Source: Cytophagaceae bacterium (GTDB lineage: Bacteria; Bacteroidota; Bacteroidia; Cytophagales; Spirosomataceae). Taken from it: 64,000 bases of DNA. Location of the stretch: NCBI GenBank assembly GCA_031383555.1, contig JANMZR010000159.1, positions 657 to 64,656 on the forward strand. The letters run 5' to 3'. The first letter of the stretch is position 1, and each line of letters starts with the position of its first letter. A model generated the notes under the pieces. The model saw only the letters and a program-made list of their open reading frames with translations. It did not search any database and was not told where the DNA came from. Both the position numbers and the translations under genes were made by a program. Below, piece by piece: positions 55,727-64,000 of the stretch.

Positions 55727-56887
55727 ATGCTTTATAAAATGAAAATCCTTGCCTTATTTTTACCAATGTCCATCTTAATTTTAACATCTTGCAGTAAAAG
55801 AAAAAACTCTGACGAAAATTCTATGAAAAATATTGAAATGAAACAATTCGGCAAGCTTAACGATTCTACCTCGGCAATGTTATATACATTCAAAAATGAG
55901 GCAGGAATGGAAGTAGCAATTACCAATTTTGGCGGCCATATTTTGAGCATAAAAGTACCAGATAAGAATGGGAACTTTACTGACATAACCCATAGTTGCG
56001 ACACATTGGCACAGTACGTAAAAGGTAACTTTTTTGGATGTATTACGGGCCGTTTTGCCAATAGAATAGCCAATGGTGAGTTCAAATTAGATGGTAAAAA
56101 ATATTCTATATTCAAAAATAATGGGCCCAATACATTGCATGGTGGCAAAGTTGGATTTGATAAAAAATTATGGGCTGCAACCATAGTAGATGGTAATGAG
56201 CCGGCTCTAAAACTGAGCTATACTTCTCCTGATATGGAGGAGGGTTATCCGGGTAAATTGGACGTAATTGTGAGCTATACTTTGCAAAAGGACAATGCCT
56301 TGCGTATTGATTATGAAGCAATTACAGATAAAACAACAGTTGTGAATTTGACCAATCATGCCTATTTCAATTTGGCAGGCTATGATGGTAAAAACAATAT
56401 TTTAGACCATGAACTTACTCTTTTAGCAGATAAAATTACACCCGTCGACAATACACTCATACCCACAGGTGAGCTATTACCAGTATCCGGTACGGCTTTC
56501 GACTTTCTAAAATCAACAAAAATTGGCAAAAATATCGACGACACTACAAATGCTCAAATAAAAATAGCAGGAGGCTTTGACCATAATTATGTATTTACAG
56601 ATAATTCAAAAAAATTAAAATTAGGAGCTACTGTTTTTGAGCCTTTGAGTGGTAGGGTTATGGAAATGTTTACCACAGAACCTGCCGTGCAACTTTATAC
56701 TGCCAATAATTTGAGTGGTAAAACAAAGGGAAAAGGAGGTGTTTTATATGCTAAAAGATCAGGTTTTTGCCTTGAAACACAACATTATCCCGATTCACCA
56801 AATAAGCCGGCCTTTCCAAGCACGGTTTTAAGGCCGGGTGAAAAGTTCTCATCCACAACGGTTTACAAATTTTCTGTTAGGGATTAA
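55727..56887 (+). CDS. galM: Aldose 1-epimerase (galactose mutarotase), lipoprotein form
   Basis: 'GRFANRIANGEF.LDGK.Y', 'N.LHGG..GFDK..W', 'TNHAYFNL' and 'G.CLETQHYPDSPN' are mutarotase motifs. The N-terminus has an 'ILILTSCSK' lipobox. Confidence 0.9.
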   Translation: MLYKMKILALFLPMSILILTSCSKRKNSDENSMKNIEMKQFGKLNDSTSAMLYTFKNEAGMEVAITNFGGHILSIKVPDKNGNFTDITHSCDTLAQYVKGNFFGCITGRFANRIANGEFKLDGKKYSIFKNNGPNTLHGGKVGFDKKLWAATIVDGNEPALKLSYTSPDMEEGYPGKLDVIVSYTLQKDNALRIDYEAITDKTTVVNLTNHAYFNLAGYDGKNNILDHELTLLADKITPVDNTLIPTGELLPVSGTAFDFLKSTKIGKNIDDTTNAQIKIAGGFDHNYVFTDNSKKLKLGATVFEPLSGRVMEMFTTEPAVQLYTANNLSGKTKGKGGVLYAKRSGFCLETQHYPDSPNKPAFPSTVLRPGEKFSSTTVYKFSVRD

Positions 56888-56899
56888 TTCTGGTAAAAA

Positions 56900-57032
56900 A
56901 GTGTCTCGTGAAGACCAAAATTAGTAGTTAATTTAAGGATTTTATTTTTTATTTACTTCAAAATCATTGTCAAATTAGTTTAATCCATGTTCTATTTTCT
57001 TAACTCAATCATTATAGTGTCTCTAAAGACCA
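56900..57032 (+). repeat. Two copies of agtgtctc-N2/3-aagacca (each containing gtct-N4/5-agac) in the galM-ridA intergenic region
   Basis: The copies are at 56900-56917 (agtgtctcgtgaagacca) and 57016-57032 (agtgtctctaaagacca), read directly from the sequence. Confidence 0.5.
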
Positions 57033-57077
57033 CTTACTCAAAATAATTTTTTACCTTTTACATTAATTTAAAATAAT

Positions 57078-57542
57078 ATGGCAACACCAGACGAAAATTT
57101 CGCAAAATTAGAGTTGAATCTTCCACCAGCACCTACGCCTATGGGTGTTTATAAGCCTTTTTTAAAAGTTGGAAAGCTAGTTTATGTATCAGGGCACGGC
57201 CCCGTTTTGGAAAACAAAACCTTAATAAAAGGGCGTGTAGGCCACGATATGGTCCAAGAGGTTGCAAAATTAGCCGCTCGGCAAGTTGGCCTTACCATAT
57301 TGGCCACTTTAAAAGCTAATTTAGGCTCATTCAATAAAATAAAAAGAGTAATAAAGGTACTGGGTATGGTCAATTGTATCGAAAGCTTTCAGGAGCACCC
57401 TTTTGTAATAAACGGTTGCAGTGAGCTTTTCAGAGCCGTTTGGGGTGAAGACAACGGCGTTGGCGTACGAAGTGCCGTTGGTATGGGAAGCCTCCCAGGC
57501 AATATTCCTGTTGAGATTGAGGCGATATTTGAGTTGAAATAG
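57078..57542 (+). CDS. RidA/YjgF/UK114 family protein
   Basis: 'Y.P......LVYVSG' and the C-terminal 'RSAVGMGSLPGNIPVEIEAIFEL' are typical of the RidA fold. Confidence 0.8.
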   Translation: MATPDENFAKLELNLPPAPTPMGVYKPFLKVGKLVYVSGHGPVLENKTLIKGRVGHDMVQEVAKLAARQVGLTILATLKANLGSFNKIKRVIKVLGMVNCIESFQEHPFVINGCSELFRAVWGEDNGVGVRSAVGMGSLPGNIPVEIEAIFELK

Positions 57543-57558
57543 CTTTACCTTTTTTTAA

Positions 57559-58668
57559 ATGAAACTAAATTACAACTTCCATAATATCAGTGACTTAGAT
57601 TCGCCTTCTTTGGTGGTTTTTCCAGAAATTGTAAAAGACAATATTAAAAAAGCAGTAGAAATGATAGGTGACGTAAGTCGTCTGAGGCCACATATAAAAA
57701 CACATAAAACACTTGAAGTTATAAAGCTTTGTCAGGCCGAAGGAATAGAAAAGTATAAATGCGCCACTATAGCTGAAGCAGAACTATTGGGAATTTGTGA
57801 AGTAAAAGATGCCCTTTTGGCCTATCAACCTATTGGTCCAAAGGCAATTCGGTTTGGCAAACTAATTGAAAAATATCCTAAAACTCAATTTTCATGTTTG
57901 ATAGACAATCTAGATGTGGCCTATGCAATTGCTGAATTAGGCCAAAAAACCAAACAAATATTCTCGGTATATATTGATTTGAACATTGGTCAAAATAGAA
58001 CTGGCATTGAGCCAAATCTTGCTATAGATCTAATTGAAAAATTAGTAAACATCCCAAATATTATACTCTTAGGCATTCATGCTTACGATGGTCAAATTCA
58101 TAATGAAAATTTTGAAAAAAGGCAAAATGAGGCAGATAAGGTATACTTGATAGCGGAAAATATAAGGCAAGAAGCGGAAAAAGTAGCTGGCAGCAAAATA
58201 AATTTGATTATGAGTGGTTCACCAACCTACTCTATTCATGCCAAACGAAAAAACATTGACTGCAGCCCAGGCACTTTTGTATTTTGGGATAAGGGATACA
58301 CCGACATTTGTGCAGAGCAAGCTTTTTTACCTGCTGTTTTGCTAGTCACTAGAATAATCTCATTGCCTACTGCCAATTATATTTGTATCGATTTAGGGTA
58401 TAAATCTGTTGCAGCTGAAAATGAGTTGACCAGGAGAGTTTACTTTCAGAATGCCCCAGATTTAAAATTTATAAGTCAGTCAGAAGAACATTTAGTTTTA
58501 GGTTCAAATGAAGGCCATACTTATAAAATTGGAGATATTTTATATGGAACACCTATTCATATTTGCCCAACAGTAGCCTTACATGAAAAACTTTATGTTG
58601 TTGAAAATGAGCAATTAACAGGCGAGACTTGGAAGGTTTTAGCGAGAAATAGAACTATTGAAATTTAA
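57559..58668 (+). CDS. D-TA/DSD1-family PLP enzyme (alanine-racemase-N fold; D-threonine aldolase or D-serine dehydratase-like)
   Basis: 'LRPHIKTHKT' carries the PLP Lys, and 'GIHAYDGQIH' plus a C-terminal beta-domain match my recollection of the D-TA family. It starts 16 nt after the RidA stop. Confidence 0.7.
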   Translation: MKLNYNFHNISDLDSPSLVVFPEIVKDNIKKAVEMIGDVSRLRPHIKTHKTLEVIKLCQAEGIEKYKCATIAEAELLGICEVKDALLAYQPIGPKAIRFGKLIEKYPKTQFSCLIDNLDVAYAIAELGQKTKQIFSVYIDLNIGQNRTGIEPNLAIDLIEKLVNIPNIILLGIHAYDGQIHNENFEKRQNEADKVYLIAENIRQEAEKVAGSKINLIMSGSPTYSIHAKRKNIDCSPGTFVFWDKGYTDICAEQAFLPAVLLVTRIISLPTANYICIDLGYKSVAAENELTRRVYFQNAPDLKFISQSEEHLVLGSNEGHTYKIGDILYGTPIHICPTVALHEKLYVVENEQLTGETWKVLARNRTIEI

Positions 58669-58728
58669 ACTATTTGTGATATCGGTGGCTGAGCGTAGTC
58701 GAAGCCACAAAAAAACTGTAACATTTAG

Positions 58729-59463
58729 TTAATTTCCCAGTTGATTTTTTTCCAAATAATCACGAAAGGCTTTTTTGTAGGAATCGCTTATTGGAATATA
58801 GTTTTTACCAATGAGTATCTTTTCTTTGTCAACTGTATCTATAGCATCAAAAGCAATAATGTAAGAATTGTGAACTCTTATAAATTGATTATGAGGCAGT
58901 TGTGCTTCTAAAGATTTTAATGTTTGTAAAGAAACTATCTTTTTCTCTGTGGTGTAAATACTTACATAATCTTTTAAACCTTCAATATATTTTATTTCAT
59001 TGAGCCGCACTTTTATCATTTTTGTGCCGTCTTTTATAAAAATGAACTCATTGCTGGGGTTATTTGCACTCGCTGTTTGGTCCACATCTTTTTTAACATC
59101 TGTTATGGTAAGCCTTGCCGTTGCTTTTTCCACTGATTTCAAAAACCTTTCAAAACTAATTGGCTTCAATAAATAGTCAAACACCTCAAGCTCATAACCT
59201 TCCAAGGCGTATTCCGAATAAGCAGTGGTGAGAATAATTAATGGCTTATTCTTTAATAATTTGAGTAAAGTTATGCCTGTAATTTCTGGCATTTGAATAT
59301 CGGAAAATAGAATATCGACACTATGTTCCCGCAAATAATTAAGTGCTAAAAGAGGATCAGAAAAGGAATTAATTAATTGTAAATGAGGTACTTTACCTAC
59401 ATAAGTTTCCATTAGGCTTCGTGCCAAGGGCTCATCTTCAAGTATTATGCAAGTTAAAGTCAT
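58729..59463 (-). CDS. LytTR-family response regulator
   Basis: Receiver 'CIILEDEPLA....DILFSDIQMPEITG' plus a C-terminal LytTR domain 'I.YIEGLKDYV.IYT.......L.SLE..LP...F.RVH.SYI'. Confidence 0.9.
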   Translation of the reverse strand: MTLTCIILEDEPLARSLMETYVGKVPHLQLINSFSDPLLALNYLREHSVDILFSDIQMPEITGITLLKLLKNKPLIILTTAYSEYALEGYELEVFDYLLKPISFERFLKSVEKATARLTITDVKKDVDQTASANNPSNEFIFIKDGTKMIKVRLNEIKYIEGLKDYVSIYTTEKKIVSLQTLKSLEAQLPHNQFIRVHNSYIIAFDAIDTVDKEKILIGKNYIPISDSYKKAFRDYLEKNQLGN

Positions 59464-59482
59464 AGATTATGCCATTTAGTTT

Positions 59483-60526
59483 TTATAAAGTTAAAGATAA
59501 ATTTACCAAATAACGGGTGTCTGTTTCTGTTACATTTAACTCGTATTTTTCAGGATAACTTAGCTCTAACCTCCTTTTTACATTTAAAAGCCCTATTCCC
59601 GACTTGGCTAAATCATCCTCAGTTTTTGGCGGTAGCTTATTGTTTTCAACAATATATTCGCAGTTATTGTCAGAAATATTTATTGAAATATTTACAAAAG
59701 CATTTTTTGAAGTATTACTAACACCATGTTTAAAGGCATTTTCTAGAAATGTAATAAAAATTAAGGGTACAATTTTCTTGTTTTCAACGTTTCCAGAAAT
59801 CTTAAAGTCAATTGGCACCTTATTGTCAAGTCGCAATTTTTCTAGATCTATATAATTTTTCATGTATTCAATCTCTTTATTTACAGGCACTTTAACATGG
59901 TTGGAATCATATAACATATAGCGCATCATCTGTGAAAGTTTGTCTATTACCTCAGGCGTTTTTGGAGAGTTTACAGTTGCCAAGTAATATAGGTTGTTAA
60001 GTGTGTTAAACAAAAAATGAGGGTTTATTTGTGCTTTCAAAAAGCGCAATTCGGCCGTAAGTTTTTCATTTTCAATCTCTTTCTTTTTAGCTTCTAGTTC
60101 AAACCAATCTTCAACAAACTTAAGCATTCCTACAAAAACCGTAATAAATATAACTGTTATGCTATGGGTTACCGCAAATCGAGTACTATTCAGATAGTTA
60201 AGCTGCCTAGTTGAAGCCTCACTATAAATATATCTTTTTAGAAAAATATGTATTGTAATAATTAAAATAAAAGGTACAATAAACTCTAATAAATATTGAC
60301 CTAATCGCTTGTGATTGAGCAACCTAGGTAATAAAATAAAATAATTAAAATAGCTGATTGCCGCTGTAAATAGCACTTGGAAAAGAGCATCTGTTGCCGA
60401 TTTCAAATAATCGGGCTCTTCATTACGGCGCATGAAAGTGATTTGGTAAAAGAAAAAAGAAAGATAAAGGCACCAAAAAGAAAGGTGCATTACCAATATT
60501 CTGTTTTTTTGAAAATACGTTTGCAT
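59483..60526 (-). CDS. LytS/YehU-type sensor histidine kinase (multi-TM sensor, His_kinase + HATPase_c-like)
   Basis: Four to five N-terminal TM helices, then 'LKAQINPHFLFNTLNNLY' (H-box of the PF06580 type) and 'F.ENAFKHG'. Confidence 0.85.
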   Translation of the reverse strand: MQTYFQKNRILVMHLSFWCLYLSFFFYQITFMRRNEEPDYLKSATDALFQVLFTAAISYFNYFILLPRLLNHKRLGQYLLEFIVPFILIITIHIFLKRYIYSEASTRQLNYLNSTRFAVTHSITVIFITVFVGMLKFVEDWFELEAKKKEIENEKLTAELRFLKAQINPHFLFNTLNNLYYLATVNSPKTPEVIDKLSQMMRYMLYDSNHVKVPVNKEIEYMKNYIDLEKLRLDNKVPIDFKISGNVENKKIVPLIFITFLENAFKHGVSNTSKNAFVNISINISDNNCEYIVENNKLPPKTEDDLAKSGIGLLNVKRRLELSYPEKYELNVTETDTRYLVNLSLTL

Positions 60527-60803
60527 TATTTATGATTATTTTAATCGATATATAAAATCGGAAAAATTTTGGCCAAAGGTCAACATTATTTATTGACGAT
60601 TAATACGTTCCATCTTTACTTGTTTACAAAATTTGCATTTAATATATTTTTTCGGATGAATATTCTATACATTCCTATTTAAAATCTACCGATTTGGAAA
60701 TTTATGTAATTTGTAAAATCGTCGATAATACTATCTGAACAGTATAATAAGGAATTAAATATAAAATTTTATCATTTTAATTTGCATCATCAAACCTAAG
60801 GGA

Positions 60804-60811
60804 TAGTTTTG
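60804..60811 (+). promoter_or_regulatory. -7 box (TAGTTTTG) upstream of the second OM receptor gene
   Basis: A TAnnTTTG match 40 nt upstream of the ATG at 60852. Confidence 0.35.
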
Positions 60812-60851
60812 GCAATCATACGGGGGAGCATTCCTCCTAATACTAAAAAAC

Positions 60852-63437
60852 ATGAAAAAATTAAAACTTCAAACCAAATTAAGTTTACTGCTTTTATTAT
60901 TATTAGTCAATTTTGGATTAATAGCTCAGTTTCCAGGTGGTGGCGGTGGTGGCTGGGGTGGGCCTGGGGGCGGCAACCGAAATAGTGGTAGTGAAAACGG
61001 ACGGCAAACAAAATCCGCTAATGCCAACACCGCAAAAGCAGATGTAAATTTAGCAGGTGATGCACCAAAAGGCAACTCTAAAGTAATTGGCTATATTGTA
61101 GATGAAACAGTGTCAAAAGCTGTTGAGTATGCTAGTGTTGCTATCTATAATAGTGTAACTAAAAAGCCCGTTGATGGCACCATGGCTGATGATAAGGGTA
61201 AGTTTTCGATGACTAAAATTGCACCTGGTAAATATTATTTGATGATTTCTTTCATTGGTTTTGAAAATAAAACCATAGAAGATATAGTCATTGAAAAAGG
61301 TAAGGATGTTGATTTAGGAGTTATAAAAATGAAAGAAAGTGTGCGTCAATTAGATGAAGTAACTGTATCAGCTGAAAGGTCACTTATTGAAGAAAAAGTA
61401 GACCGCTTAGTTTATAACGCTGAAAAAGACTTGACCGCAAGAGGTGGCGACGCTTCTGATGTGCTTCGAAAAGTCCCTATGCTTTCAGTTGATTTTGATG
61501 GAAATGTAACCCTTCGTGGCACCTCAAACATTAGGGTTTTAATTAATAATAAACCATCAACCATAGTGGCTTCGTCAATTGCCGATGCTTTGAAAATGAT
61601 TCCTGCCGATTTGATAAAAACAGTGGAAGTAATCACCTCACCATCTGCTAAATATGATGCAGAAGGCACTGGAGGTATTATTAATATTATCACCAAAAAA
61701 TCAAACCTTCAGGGCGTTAACTTAAATTTGGATGCTGGTGTTGGCTTGAGAGGTTCTAATTTGGGCTTTAATGGCAACATTCGTAAGAAAAAGTTAGGTA
61801 TTACCTTAGGAGGTTATGGCAGAGGGTTTTACAACGGTTCAACAAGTGAAATGGAACAAACAACAACTAGAAACGGAGCGGAATCCATCACAAAACAAAA
61901 CTCTGATGCTTTTGATTTGGGAATGTTTGGTCGCTATAATGTTGGTTTTGACTATGATATTACTAAAAATCAATCTTTTACTGGCTCTCTTGCTTTTGGC
62001 ACTCGTGCATTCAAGCGTACTCAAGATTTGCAATCTGATATTTTTAATGGCTCAAGTTTAATCAACTCTACACTCAGAGATATTTCTTCAAAAAACGCTA
62101 GTAATTCTATCGATTTTAATATAGACTATATTCGCACCTTTAAGCCTGGTCAAGAGTGGTCTGTTTCGGCTCAAATGAGTCAAAATAAATTGGTTAACGA
62201 TTTTGAATCTAATATAATGAATGGTTTTTCTGATATATTAAATCGTCAAAAAAACTTAAATGATAGCTATAACAAAGAAATCACATTACAAACCGATTAT
62301 ATGACGCCAATTAGCCAAAATCAACAATTTGAGATTGGTGTAAAAACGGTTAGTCGTCAAGTCGACTCAGATTTTCAATACCAAATAGCCGGCGCAAATG
62401 ACCCGTTTGTTTTGGATACTAGAAACCCATCCGGTTTATTAAATTATACACAAAATGTGTCAGCAGGCTATATTTCTTATATGCTTACAACCAAAAACAA
62501 GTTTACATTTAAAGTTGGCACTCGATTTGAACAAACAACCATCGACGCCAATGACGAAAGTAGCGAAATAAAAATTTCACCTTACTCAAACATTGTACCT
62601 TCGGTAAATATTTCGAAAAAACTTAAAAAAGGTACTTTAAAATTGGCATATAATAATCGTATACAGCGACCTGGTTTACAACAGCTTAACCCAAATTTCA
62701 ACTTGGTAAATCCTCAAAACATAACGGTAGGTAATCCAAATTTGAAACCTGAAATCTCTAATAATTTTGAGTTGAGTTTGAGTGGAGGTATAAAAAAATC
62801 TTATTTAACTGTAGCCCTTTTCAACCGTCAAACAAACAATTCTATTACTCGAATAAGCTCCCCATCCGATACTTTAATAGGTGCAATTGTTACTACTTTC
62901 CAAAATATTGGAAAAGAGCAAACTACAGGTGTAAACCTTAATGGAAACTTTTTCCTTACCCCAAAGTGGACTCTTAATGGTGGTGTTGATATTTATTATA
63001 ATTATTTGGATGGTATACAAAGAGATGCCAATGGTGCAAACATAAAAGTTGACAATAGTGGTATCGTTTATGGTGGTCGTATCCAGTCGGCGCTTCAACT
63101 AAAAAATGGCTGGGGGCTTCAAGCCTTTGGCGGTTACCGTGGTAATAATGTACAGTTGCAGGGCACAAATAGAAATTCAGCCATGTATTCAATTGGTGTT
63201 AGAAAAGACTTTAACAATAAAAAAGGCAGCTTTGGCTTGGCAACCGAAAACTTCTTTGGTGGAATAAGACAGTGGTCAGTGCTTGAAACTCCATTATTGA
63301 AGCAAAAAAGTACCGATTACCGCTATAATCAAAACATAAAACTTACTTTTAGCTTTAAAATAGGTAATATGCGCTTGGTAGAAGAGAAAAAATCAAAAGT
63401 GAAAAATGATGATGTGAAATCAGGTGGAGAAAATTAA
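60852..63437 (+). CDS. Outer-membrane beta-barrel receptor (carboxypeptidase-regulatory domain + TonB-dependent-receptor-like), Gly-rich N-terminal linker
   Basis: Signal peptide, then the low-complexity 'FPGGGGGGWGGPGGGNRNSGSENG...'. A CarbopepD_reg-like 'GYIVDE....VEYASVAIY' follows, with the plug motif 'VEVITSPSAKYDAEGTGGIINIITKK'. It is a paralogue of 29882-32275. Confidence 0.8.
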   Translation: MKKLKLQTKLSLLLLLLLVNFGLIAQFPGGGGGGWGGPGGGNRNSGSENGRQTKSANANTAKADVNLAGDAPKGNSKVIGYIVDETVSKAVEYASVAIYNSVTKKPVDGTMADDKGKFSMTKIAPGKYYLMISFIGFENKTIEDIVIEKGKDVDLGVIKMKESVRQLDEVTVSAERSLIEEKVDRLVYNAEKDLTARGGDASDVLRKVPMLSVDFDGNVTLRGTSNIRVLINNKPSTIVASSIADALKMIPADLIKTVEVITSPSAKYDAEGTGGIINIITKKSNLQGVNLNLDAGVGLRGSNLGFNGNIRKKKLGITLGGYGRGFYNGSTSEMEQTTTRNGAESITKQNSDAFDLGMFGRYNVGFDYDITKNQSFTGSLAFGTRAFKRTQDLQSDIFNGSSLINSTLRDISSKNASNSIDFNIDYIRTFKPGQEWSVSAQMSQNKLVNDFESNIMNGFSDILNRQKNLNDSYNKEITLQTDYMTPISQNQQFEIGVKTVSRQVDSDFQYQIAGANDPFVLDTRNPSGLLNYTQNVSAGYISYMLTTKNKFTFKVGTRFEQTTIDANDESSEIKISPYSNIVPSVNISKKLKKGTLKLAYNNRIQRPGLQQLNPNFNLVNPQNITVGNPNLKPEISNNFELSLSGGIKKSYLTVALFNRQTNNSITRISSPSDTLIGAIVTTFQNIGKEQTTGVNLNGNFFLTPKWTLNGGVDIYYNYLDGIQRDANGANIKVDNSGIVYGGRIQSALQLKNGWGLQAFGGYRGNNVQLQGTNRNSAMYSIGVRKDFNNKKGSFGLATENFFGGIRQWSVLETPLLKQKSTDYRYNQNIKLTFSFKIGNMRLVEEKKSKVKNDDVKSGGEN

Positions 63438-63590
63438 TTAATAATTTATCTTTTTTTAGAATGTTATTAAAAGTTAACCCTATTTTAATTTATAATAAGA
63501 AATTTAATTAGAAATTTGAACCGAAAATAAAAAACGTATGTTTCAACATACAAATAATGTTAAATTTTTACACAATTAATTTTAAACAAA

Positions 63591-64000
63591 ATGAAAAAAA
63601 TCAGTCTATTGGCTATTGCCTTATTAGCATCAATGAGCACTTTTGCACAAACCTGGAAAATTGACAAAGCACATTCAAAGCTTAATTTTACCGTTACACA
63701 TTTACTTATTTCTGAGGTAGATGGTACTATAAAAAGCTACGACGCCACTTTGACTTCATCTAAAGAAGATTTTTCAGATGCAGTATTTGAATTAACTGCT
63801 GACATGAAAACAGTGACTACTAATCAAGAAATGCGTGACGGTCATTTACAAAAAGGCGATATGTTTGACACTGAAAAGTTCCCAACTTTAACTTTCAAAA
63901 GCACGTCTATAACTACTGTTGGTCCTAAAAAATTCAAATTAGGTGGTGATTTAACCATAAAAGGAGTTACAAAACCTGTAGTTTTGGATTTAGCATTGGG
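63591..64000 (+). CDS. YceI family periplasmic protein, 3' end cut by the window edge
   Basis: My own translation from the ATG at 63591 is MKKISLLAIALLASMSTFAQTWKIDKAHSKLNFTVTHLLISEVDGTIKSYDATL...DGHLQKGDMFDTEKFPTLTFKS...GDLTIKGVTKPV. It carries the YceI signatures 'H.S...F.V.H......G.F' and 'FD...FP...F.S'. This ORF is not in the supplied track. Confidence 0.85.
   Translation, partial: MKKISLLAIALLASMSTFAQTWKIDKAHSKLNFTVTHLLISEVDGTIKSYDATLTSSKEDFSDAVFELTADMKTVTTNQEMRDGHLQKGDMFDTEKFPTLTFKSTSITTVGPKKFKLGGDLTIKGVTKPVVLDLAL

Noticed and set aside
60527-60851. Possible cobalamin, TPP or other riboswitch upstream of the TonB-dependent-like receptor.
   Set aside because: There is no B12 box (GCCACTG), no TPP 'CTGAGA'/'ACCTGATCTGGATAATGCCAGC' core, and no extended GC-rich pairing. 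The region looks like a plain divergent promoter region.
1-64000. CRISPR arrays, IS elements, rRNA genes and toxin-antitoxin or restriction-modification gene pairs.
   Set aside because: Visual scanning of the intergenic regions found no regularly spaced direct repeats. No transposase, integrase, Cas, methyltransferase or nuclease signatures appear among the translated ORFs.

Overview
This is an AT-rich, densely coding chromosomal window from a gliding Bacteroidota-type organism. The evidence for that assignment is a GldB-like lipoprotein, a giant S8 peptidase with a T9SS C-terminal sorting domain, many lipoprotein and signal-peptide genes, and TAnnTTTG -7 promoter boxes. I support about 59 protein-coding genes, one tRNA-Asp(GTC), several rho-independent terminators and several candidate promoters. 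I found no rRNA, CRISPR array, transposase, integrase or prophage gene.

Most of the content is housekeeping:
- thiL, ndk, mazG, gpmI, gcvT, recO, a polyprenyl synthase and a DnaQ-like exonuclease
- a compact xylan module (GH10, GPH symporter, GH43)
- two two-component systems
- two paralogous carboxypeptidase-regulatory/outer-membrane beta-barrel receptors

I could not identify a clear-cut novel multigene system such as a defence island. The loci that merit a second look:
1. A decayed Ku (NHEJ) gene is hidden in 'intergenic' DNA at 35397-35590. It sits inside a small islet of two orphan secreted proteins.
2. A membrane-embedded LytS-type kinase and LytTR regulator lie divergent from an outer-membrane beta-barrel gene with a Gly-rich N-terminus. 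This module is uncharacterised.
3. An envelope antioxidant cluster contains a Fe/Mn SOD with an RK Tat-like leader and a truncated thioredoxin-fold gene whose CXXC has become CGPY.
4. Several palindrome or direct-repeat operator candidates occur upstream of hupE and upstream of ridA.
5. tRNA-Asp sits alone in about 875 bp of non-coding DNA.

All functional calls come from motif recognition by eye and need HMM or BLAST confirmation.
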